DNA of 58,324 nucleotides from Paraglomus brasilianum (Eukaryota): NCBI GenBank assembly GCA_910592345.1, contig CAJVPI010000003.1, positions 62,001 to 120,324 of the forward strand, read 5' to 3'. Shown piece by piece: positions 1 to 12,872 of this stretch (position 1 is its first letter; each line of letters starts with the position of its first letter). The notes under the pieces were generated by a model. It saw only the letters and a program-made list of their open reading frames with translations, ran no database searches and was not told where the DNA came from. The position numbers and the translations under genes were made by a program.

Positions 1-770
1 GCCTCCAAGTAAGGCCATGGTAAACCACCCCTATAAAGTTCACGCGTGGGGTGCTTTCTCAGTAAAAGGTCCTATTGGCTTTTTTCTTTTTACAGATATT
101 ATGGACGGTACTCTTTATCGTAATATTTTAACTGTGATAATGTAAATGCTATTATGGGAAACAATTGGATGTCCCAACAAGATAATGATTCGAAGCATAA
201 AGCTAAGGAAGACATGGAACTCCTCATGCAGCGATGCCCAAAAATTATGGATTGGCTGTCCAATACAAATAGTCCAGATATCAACCCAATCGAAAATTTA
301 TGGCAATTTTAAAGAATCGTGTAGAGAAACAAGTCAACAAACTGTTAGTAAAAAAAAAGCAATCACCAAAGATTCTTTTCGTGAGATCATTCAGAAAGAA
401 TGGGGTGGAGTCAAAACTGAGACCTTTGTGTTAATTTGGCTCGTAGCATGCCAAGAAGATTGGAGGAAATAATGGCATTAGATAAACTATTAAGTAAACT
501 TGTTTATCATATCATAGGCAGTATTAGTATACCTGCAAAATTTTAACCCGTTTTCGTTGTACGATAAATAAAAACTAAAACGTCATTCTCGTTACTTTTT
601 TTTTTTTTTCGCGCACTTATATAAATAAGCATGTACTGAATCTGCAACATTAATATTAATGTTAATGTCGAGTTTTACTTCTCATTGTGATTTCAGAGCA
701 TTTTATTGGGTACATGTCATGTGATTTTGGACTTTAGATGCAGTCTGGCTATTGTAATTGACGCCGCTAT
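1..770 (+). mobile_element. Tc1/mariner (IS630-Tc1) transposon remnant, 3' part, frameshifted DDE transposase
   Basis: Translations across frames give KVHAWGAFS, QQDNDSKHKA and SPDINPIENLW, which are DDE_3 motifs. A possible right TIR (gcagtctggctattgtaattgacgccgctata) lies near 740-770. Confidence 0.8.
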
Positions 771-1043
771 AAAACATACGTAAAACGCACAAATAAAACA
801 TACATAAAAGCGCGCGCGTTTGGACGGCCCGCTTGTAGCGCTGGCTGTTGCCGTCCACTCGTTTCGTGAACAGAATCTTCACTGGAAACTACGTGCAGAC
901 ACCTTTGATCGGTTTCACATTATTGGGTCGAGGTAAAACTAACGAAGGAATAGAAGCTGAAGTTATTTATTCATAATATCTTTTTGACTAAAAGTAATGT
1001 CCTCTTCCATCAAACAAACAGACTTTACATCTATCAACTGACA

Positions 1044-1400
1044 ATGGCAAGTCAGTCCACATGCCGAGCTCGTTCAAAACTAACACATCACCATGCCTTT
1101 TCCGACGCAAACTTAAATGAACGAGAAAAAGAACTTTTAGCAAACCCGCCCATTACCCTACACTTGCCAATCGATCAGCTGCTAAAAAGCGCCGTCATTA
1201 AACGCTGAGATACGGCAAGTACCAAATCAGTTCCTGCTATACCGAAGGAACTTTTCGGCATTCGCCAAGCGGCAAAACAAAACGTTTCAGGAAACTTCTG
1301 CAGAAGCCACTCAAAAGTGGTACGCCGAACCTAACAACGTTAAAACTTTTACATGTTATCCAGAATTATGAAAAAAATATACATAAGGGGAACAACCAAG
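1044..1400 (+). pseudogene. MATA-type HMG-box protein pseudogene
   Basis: Reads MASQ...LANPPITLHLPIDQLL, then a frameshift at ~1210-1222 into PNQFLLYRRNFSA...TFQETSAEATQKWYAEPNNVKTF (HMG-box helices 1-3). Stops follow. Confidence 0.75.
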
Positions 1401-2703
1401 TAAGTGTAATTTAGAATTTACAGAATACGTAAATTATTCTCTTACTGATTGGGGTATCCACATCCATCCATCCATGGTCCAATTCTCCGCCAACAGACTC
1501 ATAATGTGCGAATATACGAAGACATTCGTAATTTTAACGATCGAACAAAGAAGCCGAGGCAGCCATTTGTGGTATAGGCAGCCGCTTTTGCGTCCTAAAA
1601 AAGATGTTTATTTCATTTAACATTTCACCTTCTTCCCCCTAATCCTCGAAATCATATAAATACTCTGTTTGACGAAATTTCATCAACATCTGATCATATG
1701 ACGATAAATCAGAAAAGATTCGAAGCAAGCTATTACGTTCTTCTGGACAAAAGCATACAACCATGGGGACAATTAGTTCATTAAGCTTGTTCAAGTCAGT
1801 ATTCCAGTGCAAGACGTATTTTGGAAGTCAGAGGAGTTCCTTGTATGTCTTCACAGTCCCTGATGGTGTCACAGCCCCTAACGTGATCCTCAGTTGGCAG
1901 CAAAATTAGGCCACAAGGCTGACTTTTAGTGACTTGCTTGACACTACCATGGAAACCAGAGATTGGTGCTGCTTGGAGGATGTGTGAAGATAAGGTGAAG
2001 TTGGCACGCGAGTTACGTGACATTATCATCCATATTGAAACAGGAGGTTTTACGAAATCAAAATATTCCCTCCAGGTATGAACTCGGACGACGCAATGGT
2101 GCGTTCCGATGAAAAACTTCCAGAGTATATGGAGCTCTGGCTTTATACTATTGATAAAGAAGCAATTGATGCGGAAAGTTTTAAGATCGATTTTTGGATT
2201 TAATACAATTTGATTTATTCATGCATTTAACATTTAATTAAACATTGGAGGCAATTACAGTCGCTCAGCCATAACATCCCCTTTTCCTTAGTTGATTATC
2301 TGCCGAGAAGGCCGGGGCGAAGAAGAGCTGTAATTATGGGAACCCGAGTAATTTAACGCAAATATAGTAAATTTATTTTGTTTGCATACTTTTTGACTGA
2401 AGCAATCTTTTTTTTATAAATAAAGCTTCAACTACAAGAATAACTTTGAGGGCTATAGTCGTTGTTCGATATGAGCAGCCCGTAAGCTTTTTCGATGTCA
2501 TATACATAATAAGTTGAATACCGAATTCTGTTTGCTTTAAGTTTGATCGTGAACCGAACCCATCATCGCGACGGAGCTCACACCGCGGTAAATAATCGCG
2601 CAGCTTGTAACGTTCATAAATTTTACTTAACCTGAAGACATAATTGAATTTACCTTTTTGTATTTTATTGAGTTTAAATCCCCATAAACGGGTCCGTATT
2701 ATT

Positions 2704-2838
2704 TCATCATTTCACCGACAGTACATTTCATTGACAATTAACTACCAAAAAAGGATAACTTTGAAATAATGTTGGTGAATATTTGTCGGTGAAATGATTG
2801 TCGGCGAAATGATTGTCGATGAAATGATTGCCTCCCCC
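2704..2838. repeat. 15-bp tandem repeat (gtcggtgaaatgatt x3) with an inverted copy upstream; probable DNA-transposon end remnant
   Basis: Three units at ~2785-2830 and an inverted unit catttcaccgaca at ~2708-2720. Confidence 0.55.
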
Positions 2839-3611
2839 ATAAACTTACCCTCGCCCCCGAGTTTAGATCATTATTACGCATTCCCACTTCGTATATGCAG
2901 AAAATTTCAGATATGTTGGCTATTTGTGCTGATGATCGAATCGTAGATTGCACAAGCGAAAGCTCCATAAAATACGACGCTTAATAATAGTAATGTGTTG
3001 GTTTGTAATAATTGTAATCGAAATAACCAATTAATATTAATATTAAATTCACCAAATACAGTACATCTTTTTACGAGCAATTCGATACGTACGTAACACA
3101 TATACTAGAATATACAGTAATATCGAATTTAGATTGGTCTCGTGGCTTGAGGGATTTATGACTTGAAAATTCGGAAGTGGACATGGCACAGTTATGTTAA
3201 TACGAGAGAGTTTAGTTTAGATTTATGTTGAGCTAAAGTCGTTAAGCAGTAATTGAGAACTGCAAAATGCAATATACAAGATGCATTGACAATACAATTG
3301 ACAACTATCCAAAAGCTGGTTATATTGCAACTCGGTAAAATTCAATCATCGGTTGCAGGCACAGTAAATATGTTTAAGTAATTTAATAGATCTAACAGGT
3401 ACGTGATATTTTTGTTAATATTTTATTGTGGTCGGACGAAATTTGTGTTGCTATTCGGTTTATCGCGTCGATTGTGAAATTTACCAAAATGCCAAGCTCG
3501 AAAAACACGGAAGAATAAAGTAACAAACGAATGTTTTGGATTTATTGAATAAGCAAGCAACATATGTGACGCGCGACATGTTGTGAGTCGATTCGGTTCT
3601 TCTGTCGTATA

Positions 3612-4245
3612 CCGTATCCTTCAGAATTTAAGCACCACTTTTTTTAGGGGAAAATCGTGACAAAGTTCCTAATGGTGCTTAAATTCGGAAGTTTTATTTT
3701 TTTTGTACGCCCATGGCCATACGATGCCAAAAATTCAACGCTCGTCGTATTCTGCTGCTGAAAAGCTTGAAGTTTTGCGATATGCAAAAGATCATGGTAC
3801 AAGAGTAGCTGCTCGTCATTTTAACATTGATCATTCAATGATTTCTCGCTGGGGAAAAATAGAAGAGAAAAAATCGACGTCTTGGTTCAGGAAGAAAGGA
3901 AAAATATCCCGAAGCTGAAGCTGGTTTAAAAACATGGCTTATAGAATTTCGAAAAGATGGTATTGCTGTAACTTCTAAATGGTTAAAATTTATATGAAAG
4001 AACTTTTAACAAAGCAGCTTGCTCATGTTTATCCTGATAGTGAAATTCCAAAAGAGATTATTATAAAGTCATTTAAAAAGTGTGGTATTAATAACGCAAA
4101 GAAGACGATTTATTTATGAGGCGGAAATTGATGAAAATGAAAGGGAAATTGTAGATATAGATGGCGATTCAGCTGATGGATTAGAAGAGGAAGAATTAGA
4201 ATAAAGTCTTAAATACGGGTGGTGCTTAAATTCGGAAGGATACGG
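3612..4245 (+). mobile_element. Internally deleted pogo/Tigger-like DNA transposon
   Basis: 27-bp TIRs ccgtatccttc(a/c)gaatttaagcaccac with one mismatch and TA on both flanks. Encodes an N-terminal HTH (MPKIQRSSYSAAEKLEVLRYAKDHGTRVAARHFNIDHSMISRW) and CENP-B-like YPEAEAGLKTWL, then jumps to the C-terminal EIPKEIIIKSFKKCGI. The DDE core is missing. Confidence 0.9.
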
Positions 4246-4438
4246 TACACGTACTGGCATTAGTATGACACACTTATGCTTCACATATCCTTTCAGGACT
4301 AAGCAAACAATGACGCAAATCGTGGGAACATGACGTTCGCGCCATAATATTACGTCATTAACAAATCACAATTACATACGAAGTTATATTTATATATAAC
4401 GCAGTAAATAACTCTTCCTCTTCGCTTTCTTCATTAAA

Positions 4439-5197
4439 ATGACACAAGATTCGAAAGACTCGGATTCATCAAGACCCCTCTCATCGGCAGTAAATACTGT
4501 CTCTCAGATTCGTCATCCCGATCCCAATGCAAGTAAAACTGAAAAGGCTGCTGCGCCTCTTGCTACTTTGAGTTCGGAAGCCGATCCTTACCCGCATATA
4601 TTCATGGCAGCTGCGAGTAAGAAATATTATAATTTGTATATAACTAGAAGATAATTTATGCGGAGAAGAATTCTTATTGATCGTTTGCGGTTTTTGCTTA
4701 GCTGGATTTGGGAGTGGATATGCATATTACTTGAAACAGCCAAGACTAGCAGCAATTTCGGCAGCGGTTTCAGCTACTTATGCGTACGGCGCGTAAGTAT
4801 ACTTATACATGTTGTGTGTCACTAACCTTAATGGCAAGATTATTGTTCTGACTTTGTTCCAGTTATCTTCTTAATAATCGCCAGTATAAACGTGGATATA
4901 CCGTATCGTCCAGTAAGTCATTCGGAGCTGAAGACGTTTGACGTTCATTCTCACATTACTCTAGCTACAAAGATCACTCATTCACAATTCTTGACCTTCA
5001 CCGCTTATGCCATGGTTTATCTCTTCACAGTCGCTTCAATCGGTCTCCTCGCCGCCTGCGGTCCGACAGCCTACGTAGTTAAAGATCCTTTTAATGTCTC
5101 CTTTGCAAGTCTTGCCGCAATTTCAACGGCGGGAAATACTCTTAAAGCATATCAGCAATGGACAGGACGTCCGCGCGAGTTACATAGAGCTTATTAA
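4439..5197 (+). CDS. Small multi-pass membrane protein, TMEM14-like; 4 exons (4439-4616, 4702-4792, 4863-4911, 5031-5197)
   Basis: GT-AG introns join in frame to ...HIFMAAATGFGSGYAYYLKQPRLAAISAAVSATYAYGAYLLNNRQYKRGY...SIGLLAACGP... The family call rests on resemblance of the YAYGAYLL segment and the hydrophobic pattern. Confidence 0.7.
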
Positions 5198-5996
5198 TAG
5201 ATTAAGTGGGCAATATGGTATTTGGATAATGAACGAGATGGGATTGTATGCAGAGAGCAATTAGTTAATCGTGTTGGATAACGGAAACATAAGGATAACT
5301 TTTTTAATAATTAATTAAATCAACACAAAAAGTAAAGTTGACATGCTATTCGGTGTTAGCAATGATTGTGAATTATCTGGCAAGAGGTGCGAACCTCTTG
5401 TACGCATTTATTTGGATTCCCATTATCTGTCATCTATGCCAGCTAGAACCTATTTTTTGACAAAGTATAGATTCATTCTTTTCATCAGGCTGTTCTTTGG
5501 AATTGCTTAATGCGATATTCTAATTCGCTTGGCTAAATTATAAACATCTGATTTACACTCACGCGCTTTTGAAGTTGGATTGTCTGTCATTCGGAAATTT
5601 TGAAATAAAGATTATTAGATAGTCTTTATCTTTTTGAAGATTGCGTCACGTAGTTGGCGTTTGTTGTAGTCTGGCAACTTGTGAACGCTTTAATAACTGT
5701 TGTGATAACGACTTTTCAGTGTACCAGATTACAACCATGCACACGTGCCAAGCATACAATGTATAGTATACTTTAATGATGAAGAATAGGAGGATATCAG
5801 TCTCTTGAATTATCATTACAGTAGTTCTTTAGTTTACAAGATTGATAATTTAAGTTGGGTTCATCATAACCTAATAATAAACAAAGCTGCACATAGTAAT
5901 GTTAGGCATACGCATGCCTTAGCATATAATTAGCCTTTTGATATCTCTCTCCATACTCTTTGACTGTGCCCATATTTCTTTCTCTTCATTCAACTA

Positions 5997-6447
5997 TTAT
6001 CCAGGGCCGACCTGTTATAGACAAAAAATGTAATTGAATAAATGCGCAATAATACAGAGCAAAAGCATGAACGGATATAAAGGGTGCTCAGGCAACCATC
6101 CCGGTATAAGGAAGCCGGCCGGTGAACAGTTCCAGATTTCCGTCGCAATAACCAACACTGGTATCTTACCTTCGGAATGTCGTAGTGCTCAGTCATCTCT
6201 TCTAATTTCCGATTCAATTCCTACAGAATGTGTTACAATTGTCAGTTCCCGTTCACTCAATTTTATCAGACGCAAGAGAGCTCAACCATTTATGTTTATA
6301 ATTACACCATTATTGACACAGTAACATCCACAGCGCGACACCTGCAAATAACTCATCTTACAAAAAGAAGACGGGGCTTACCGCAACTCTCTCTCGATGT
6401 GACTTCTGTGCAGCCTTCTGTACCTTCTCTTCAAGCTTGTAACGGCG

Positions 6448-6482
<35 letters not shown>

Positions 6483-6889
6483 AATGTCAGTTATTCTTCC
6501 AATTCTCACAAATTATCATATTCCCTTGACACATTCTCGTATACTTTTGTACCTTAACACCAATCTTTTAACATACCCGTTGACGCTGTATCTCCTCGAA
6601 CTTCCTCTCGGCTTCTGTTTTGGCAACTACTCTAATCGGAGTTTGAGGTTTCTCGGAAGAAAGCAGTTCCTTTGCTATGGATTCAACTTTCTCCTTGTCT
6701 TTTTTCGATTTTTTCTTTTTTCTGGTTTTAAGATATGTAAAAGTATACCAGTTTGAGATGAAGCCATACTAAAGTAAACTTTGGTTCGAATTTCAAACAT
6801 TATGAAATTCATGGAACTTACTTTTTTATTCTGTTAGATCCTCCCTTTAGCTGTAAGACGCCTCCCGGTAAATTATCGTATTCAGACAT
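5997..6889 (-). CDS. FAM32A: FAM32A-family (DUF1754) nuclear/spliceosome-associated protein, 5 exons
   Basis: Spliced product MSEYDNLPGGVLQLKGG...KTEAERKFEEIQRQR-LEEKVQKAAQKSHRERVA-ELNRKLEEMTEHYDIPK-VGPG*, including the characteristic HYDIPKVGPG C-terminus. Confidence 0.9.
6448..6473. repeat. (TA)n microsatellite in a FAM32A intron
   Basis: Uninterrupted run of AT dinucleotides. Confidence 0.95.
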
Positions 6890-8518
6890 CTTGAACGTTT
6901 GCTGGAAGCTGCAATGTTGGTTAGTAAATATATAATCGAGTTTTGATCCGCCAATGAAATCGATATGGTGTTACTATTATGTTGTCACAATGCTGCGGCT
7001 TGAAAACAACCGGCGTGTACTTAAAAGTGCCCATTTGAATGGTTGCGTGGCGATTTTTGGCACTCGTGCCGGTAGGATATAACCCTTTCCCGCTCGCTGC
7101 CACCACTATGTGTTTTGACTTCTGGCTCTTTGCCATAGTCTTCTTCCATGGGAACTTGTGTGTTTGTGCCACGTTGACAAGATGGTTCTATCAGTAGAGT
7201 AGGATATAATTCTTTGGGTTGTTCCGCCCCGCTGCCATCGCACAACGACCTTTAGTTATGTCCTCAGTCTCTGACTAAACGCAATATTATATAATAGCTA
7301 TACGCACAAAGCTGAAAATGCTATAGAAGCGAATAAATGTATGATGCTATCAAAGAGGGAGTACGCGATTTAACGCGAGGTCTAGCATTAATTTCATTGC
7401 TCTCTCAGACTTCTATATTAATTATCCCCTATAATTATTGCTAACTACGAGTTTCTCAGCCCTATATACACTAAATTTTCGAAATAAATAATCCCACCAA
7501 TATCTACGTCTATCAATATCACACCCACCCACACAGACTATGTTGCTCCCCGCAAGGTAAAAAAAAAAGAAATGCAATATTTCCGATTCACACTTACCAC
7601 GATTCATTTCACATTCCATATTCAAGAACTTAATAAAGATGTTTCGATTTTTTTTGTCGTCAGTATGATACTGTCTCAAACATCAAGAATTCAGATGCGA
7701 TGTGCGCCTAAATAAAGACCTCGAAAACAGATGCCATTGTCAGCGCCAAATTTTTTTGATCTACAATTTTACTGCGCTTATGAGAAATCGATTAGTTTAG
7801 CCGTTTATTATTTTAAATATTTCACTGCGCCTATTATATGTGCGATGGTAATCAAAGATTTTCTTGCGAAGATCAAAATGCCGATATATAACCAGAAGAG
7901 TAATATGTCCGTTTTATTTTGAAACATCTAGAAAATTGACTAACATGTGATGACATGTTTCAAGAAGTTAGCCGGGCAATAAACCAACTTACTTTATTAT
8001 TTATTACTTTGCGGAAAATACGAGTTCGTTTGGTTGTTAATATCAATGATTTTGATGTTATGATTACATCAGCATTCTATCAAATCAAGGCAAATTCTCT
8101 GGTATTGCTCACATATATTTTGTGTACCAGGCAACTGGGGACTCTCCTTTGTCAGTTGGCTGAAATGTCTGTCTTGATCCATTGCTCTGTTTCATCAACA
8201 TCCAAGTCAAATGTACTCATTAATTCTTTCACTGTGCACTTGGGATCAAGGCAAAGAGCTTTCTTTGTCTTGAAAGATAATGCTGTGCACTTTGAACATC
8301 TTTTGGCATGGTTTTTTTTTAAAAAAAATTAAAGCAATGGGCTATTTCAACAATTCTTGGAAATGCTTTTTTATTTATTTATTTTTTTGACATGCATCAA
8401 ATAATCACATGATCAAATTTGACTACAGAAAGCAGCTCCCTAGATTTGAGTGATAGCGATAGGAACTATAAAATAAGTTACTTAATGAAAGTGATTTTAA
8501 GCAGATAGAATTTTATAT

Positions 8519-8605
8519 ACAGTGAACTCTCTACAAATTCAAGCCCTCGGGACCAAGCATTGGTTTGCAAGTATGGGAGTTTCTATTTATAGTGAATTTA
8601 TAGTT
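8519..8605 (+). mobile_element. Orphan TIR fragment (TA|CAGTGAACTCTC...) of a Tc1/pogo-type MITE
   Basis: tacagtgaactctc resembles tacagtgaaccctc at ~27927 and cagtcaaccctc at 29120. No partner TIR found. Confidence 0.4.
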
Positions 8606-8639
8606 TGTCTGTGAGCTAAAACCAACAGATTTTATTAAT

Positions 8640-9577
8640 AAGAGATTCGCTCACCCCTATTTTTGATAATAGTTCACAACATTTTTTCATGAATCTTACA
8701 AAATTAATTTAGAGTAGTTTCTGGAATATTTCTCCATTCCTCACCATAAAGCGCTCCAACTCGTTAAGATTCTTGGGCATCCGTTTCTCTAAATTAGTCT
8801 TAACAATCGTCCAAAGATTTTCGATGGGGTTTAAATCGGGACTATGATTTCCACATAGAATTCGGCATTCATAATCCGCCGAAAACAAAACAAACGTGTT
8901 TTACCTTAGCACAAAACCCCCCCTCCTCCTCCCCAGGCGAAATTTTTTATCTTGTCTTTCGTTTGCCCTTATGCCAATGTTCCACTGTATCGTTTCATCT
9001 GAAAAAAGGGTCTTTTCTAGTTGTCATTAATGTGCACTTGGGCTCAATCTACCCGTTTGGCTTATGGTTGTCGGTAAGCATTGGCGTTGCTATAGAGCGA
9101 CTTTTTTGATATCCAATGTCGTTCAAATGCTTTGCGACTGTCACATGGGAAACTTCGACACCCTTTTCTGACAATTTATTCGCCAAAAATTGTGTTAAAA
9201 TTGTAGTATCCCGGCGATTAAATTGACTGACTGCCGTTGATCTTCTTTGTGCGGCCGTTTCCACTAGCATGCAGCGTTGTTCTTTATATTGTCATAGATT
9301 GTGGAAAGGGGAATCCATGTATTTCAGCACCGCTTTGCACTCCCTCGTTCCACAAATATACTATAGTTTGCCGTTGTTGTTCTTGTTTCGACATAGTAAT
9401 TATGTGGTTAAGATTTGCATGTGCAAAGAAGTCTTTTTGTCGCGAACAGCATTTTATTTTATGTCCGAACGTCATGTTAATTTTGCATTTTTACGCGTCG
9501 AAAATTATTTACAAATTGGGCATATAAACGCGTTCTTATCAAATCGGTAAAATTCCGGGCTTTTTCTTAGCGAACTG
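8640..9577 (-). mobile_element. Degenerate Tc1-like transposon
   Basis: Left end TA|CAGTTCGCTAAGAAAAAGCCCGG at 9577. HTH segments MSKQEQQRQTIVYLWNEG and LANKLSEKGVEVSHVTVAKHL, then FSDET and [15 protein letters not shown], with multiple frameshifts. Confidence 0.85.
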
Positions 9578-9869
9578 TATATCAACATAGTATTTCAAAT
9601 CGTGCTAAGCTTGTTTGTTTTGTTGAATTTGCCTTTTTTTTTTCACAAGTAAACTCTGATCAATTAGTAAAACATATGAAAAAAAAAATAAATAAAAAAT
9701 TATTATTATTTTTCGAAAATCTCTATTGGCCGTATATTTGACTGTAGTTTTCAGATAAATTCAAGCAGGTTGTTGCTAACAAAGCAGGCACTCAGTCCAG
9801 GACTCAGTTGTCTCAGTTCAGAACTGAGACAGGTCCCCAATTGAGATACAACAATGTACAGTATATATA

Positions 9870-10604
9870 CAGTGTGACACGAAATTATTGATAATGAAAA
9901 AAAAAAGTTTATTGCCAGCCAACGACTGTACCAATCATTATCATTAATATCTCGTTTGATAGCTTAAAAAAAGTACATTTATTTAAAAAGTTTTAACATG
10001 AAATTTGTTCCCCATTTTTTTCCATGACAAGCCTACATCTATCTCTCATCGAATTAATTAAACTAATTAACACAGTTTTCGGAATCGAATTCCACTTCTC
10101 CCCCATAAACTCAGTTAATTTATCACAGTTTTTTGGCACATGCGTTTTTCTACATTTTTTTTGACAATATTCCAGAGGTTTTCGATGGGATTAAGATCAG
10201 GGCTATTAGAAGGCCAATCAATAGCCTCAGCCACATTTCCCTGAAATTATTGATTGACACCTTCTTGTGCTTTACGGTCCCAGTTTTTTTCAACTTTCGA
10301 AGGTTGTAATAGATAGTTGGGATGGGAATCATGGTGAGAGTATGTATTTCTTTTGCAGAACGTACACCTTGGTTCCAATAATGTAATACGGTTTGGCGTT
10401 GTGTCTCAAGGTCAGTTGCAGTCATTTTGGATTAAAAATTCACGGAAGCAAAGAAGTAAAAAAGGGATAAAAGTGGATTTGATGTTTACCGCAAATCAAT
10501 ACTTTGTTTTTATTTTTTATATGACGCGTTTTGGTTCCAAATTGGTTGAGATATTCGCGTTTGAATCACGTTAAATTTATTATCAATAATTTCGTGTCAT
10601 ACTG
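9870..10604 (-). mobile_element. Internally deleted Tc1-like transposon with intact TIRs
   Basis: 26-bp TIRs cagt(g/a)tgacacgaaattattgataat with TA flanks. The HTH ORF 10150-10425 is followed in another frame by [26 protein letters not shown]...MRDRCRLVMEKNGEQI. The first two catalytic Asp regions are absent. Confidence 0.92.
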
Positions 10605-12734
10605 TATATTAATATCGGAACAGAACGTGAAATGAGTTCGCAATATGGGACAGTCATTATTAAGAAATCTGCTTCGAGCTGACGGAAAGCCTTATACTTA
10701 GCAATAGGAGGTGAAAGGCCGCCTTCAAGAATGGGCTACATCTTAATTGAGACCGTCCATAATACTAGTAATGGGATACCCATCACACATCGATCAACAA
10801 GATATCAACCGTGATGCTATATGATAAATCGGAAAGTAAACAGCATAAAATTTTTATCGTCTGATTAAATTCAACCATCTTCTATAGAGTATTCGCTACA
10901 TTCAAATTATTAAGGTAGGAGAGTCTCGATGGTCTCTTTTCGGCTCTTGATTCCTCAAAACCTTTCTTTACTTCCCGAGCCAGCAACTAAATTCATAATT
11001 TGCTATTAATATTTGTTAATGCGAATCATTATTATAAATAACAAGGAACTTACGGCCCATTTTATCACACACTCATAAAAAAATACAAAGTCCGCCATCT
11101 CCGTGAAGTCACGTGGAAGATTGGCGTTGTCCACTTCATTAAGACAGAACTTTCCTTCTAAAATTAGAATACCATTAATCAATAAAATGAATGTTTTAAT
11201 ATAGACAATAATATAAATCAAACATACATAACTTACCACAATAGTCTAAAAATTGTAGGTGAATTCGAAGGCGGAAACTTTGCCCACCGAAAACAGCAAG
11301 CGTTTTGGGAAATCGTCGTCTACATTTTATGTTATCTTTTATTATATTTATAAAAATGTTTTGAAGGTTATGGGATATTTTTGAGGCATCTGAAATTTCT
11401 TTGTCATCATTAGCGTTTGGCTTCGACCCTTCCATATAAACTAACTAAAATTTATCAGCTGTGTTTAGATACCCGACACCGTCAGCACATTCACGTTTTA
11501 TATGATTTTTTGATCCGATTTCTCCGAATTCGTAGCATATTGATGAAATATACCAAAGACATGCTTGTAAACATGGATGGACATAAGAGTTTAAATGAGG
11601 TTTCTCCAATGTAGCTAAGTTAAGTAGTGGATTTCGGGGACCCATGGAAAATGCCATGATGCTACAAAAATTGAGTAAACATACTGTTAATACAACACCC
11701 ATCTGAGTGAATGCAAAAGCATTTGTACTTGGTGCTTACAATGGAGGTAATGTTTTGCGCAAAATTCGTATAACTGATACCATTAACCAATCACTTTTAT
11801 CTGAAAAGTGTAGGTCATCAATCTTGATGTGCCATTCCTCGCCGGACAAATCTTGCTGAAAGAACTCTGTCAGGAATTTGTGTACATTGGATGGAACTAA
11901 ATTCTCAATTCTGTCATCAAGCTCCTCAAAATATGGTTCCAAAATTTTGAAAGGAAGTTTCTTGAAATAGTTCGAATTAGGTCGTAAATCAATTAAATTT
12001 TCACCGGGATATAGTGTGTCATGGTGTTGGCAGATGGATTTCATATTTTCTGAGCACTGAAGATCATCACCAAGCAGATCTTTTAACGATTTCTTATTTG
12101 GCTCCTACAGAAAAGAAATGAATATTATTAAATATTAAATACGAAACAGACACCACGAGTATTGTTAGCAGTTACTTTACCTCATTATCTTGGATGTATT
12201 CATTCTCTTCATTGTTTTCGAATAATCCATAAGATTCGGAACCTGTTATTGAATTTGTATACGATTCCGTTTTTCGCATATTCATACTCCTAGTTATCCG
12301 TTGTCGTTTTTCGCTTTGATCATCGGAGTCACCTAAAATATCGAAATACAAATTAGTTAAACCTGAAGTCAGTGACTATATTCTTAATTAGGATTACCCT
12401 TTCTTCAACTTTTGAGTCCTCTGTGTTTGCTTTACGTTTTTCTGGTTTTTTCTCCAATATCTTTTCTTCAGCTCGCCCAATTTCTTCTTGTATGGCGATG
12501 CTTTTTATTTCACGCTAACAATAACGATTAAAGAAACAGTAAATATCGTATCACATTAAATACATTAGTAATAACGATACATACTTTATATACTCGATCC
12601 AAAATAGCAAGTGATTCTAATTTCCTGAGATGATTTTTCCATAATAAATCATTTGCGGAATCGTTCTCACAGTTCTTGATAAAATGGTGAAAGAAAAGTT
12701 AATCAAAATGTTTCATTATAGATAACCTAATTGA

Positions 12735-12858
12735 TTGCCCACACATGCTATGATGGAGTCCGAAGACCCAGACCATAACATGCTTCCCCACTTCGGGCAA
12801 CAACGTGAGTTGCCTTGTGTGATAAATCACTCAGAACATGACTGCAAGGTATGGGCAA
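12735..12858 (-). ncRNA. Putative structured intronic RNA element, copy B
   Basis: Outer stem ttgcccatac/gtgtgggcaa; hairpins gtga-ttta-tcac and ggcaac-tcacgtt-gttgcc; long hairpin atgttatggt-ct-gggtc-TTCG-gactc-c-atcatagcat. Confidence 0.6.
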
Positions 12859-12872
12859 AATGAAAAATAATA

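Noticed and set aside
6780..6800. tRNA T-loop-like GGTTCGAAT
   Set aside because: It lies in a short FAM32A intron with no cloverleaf.
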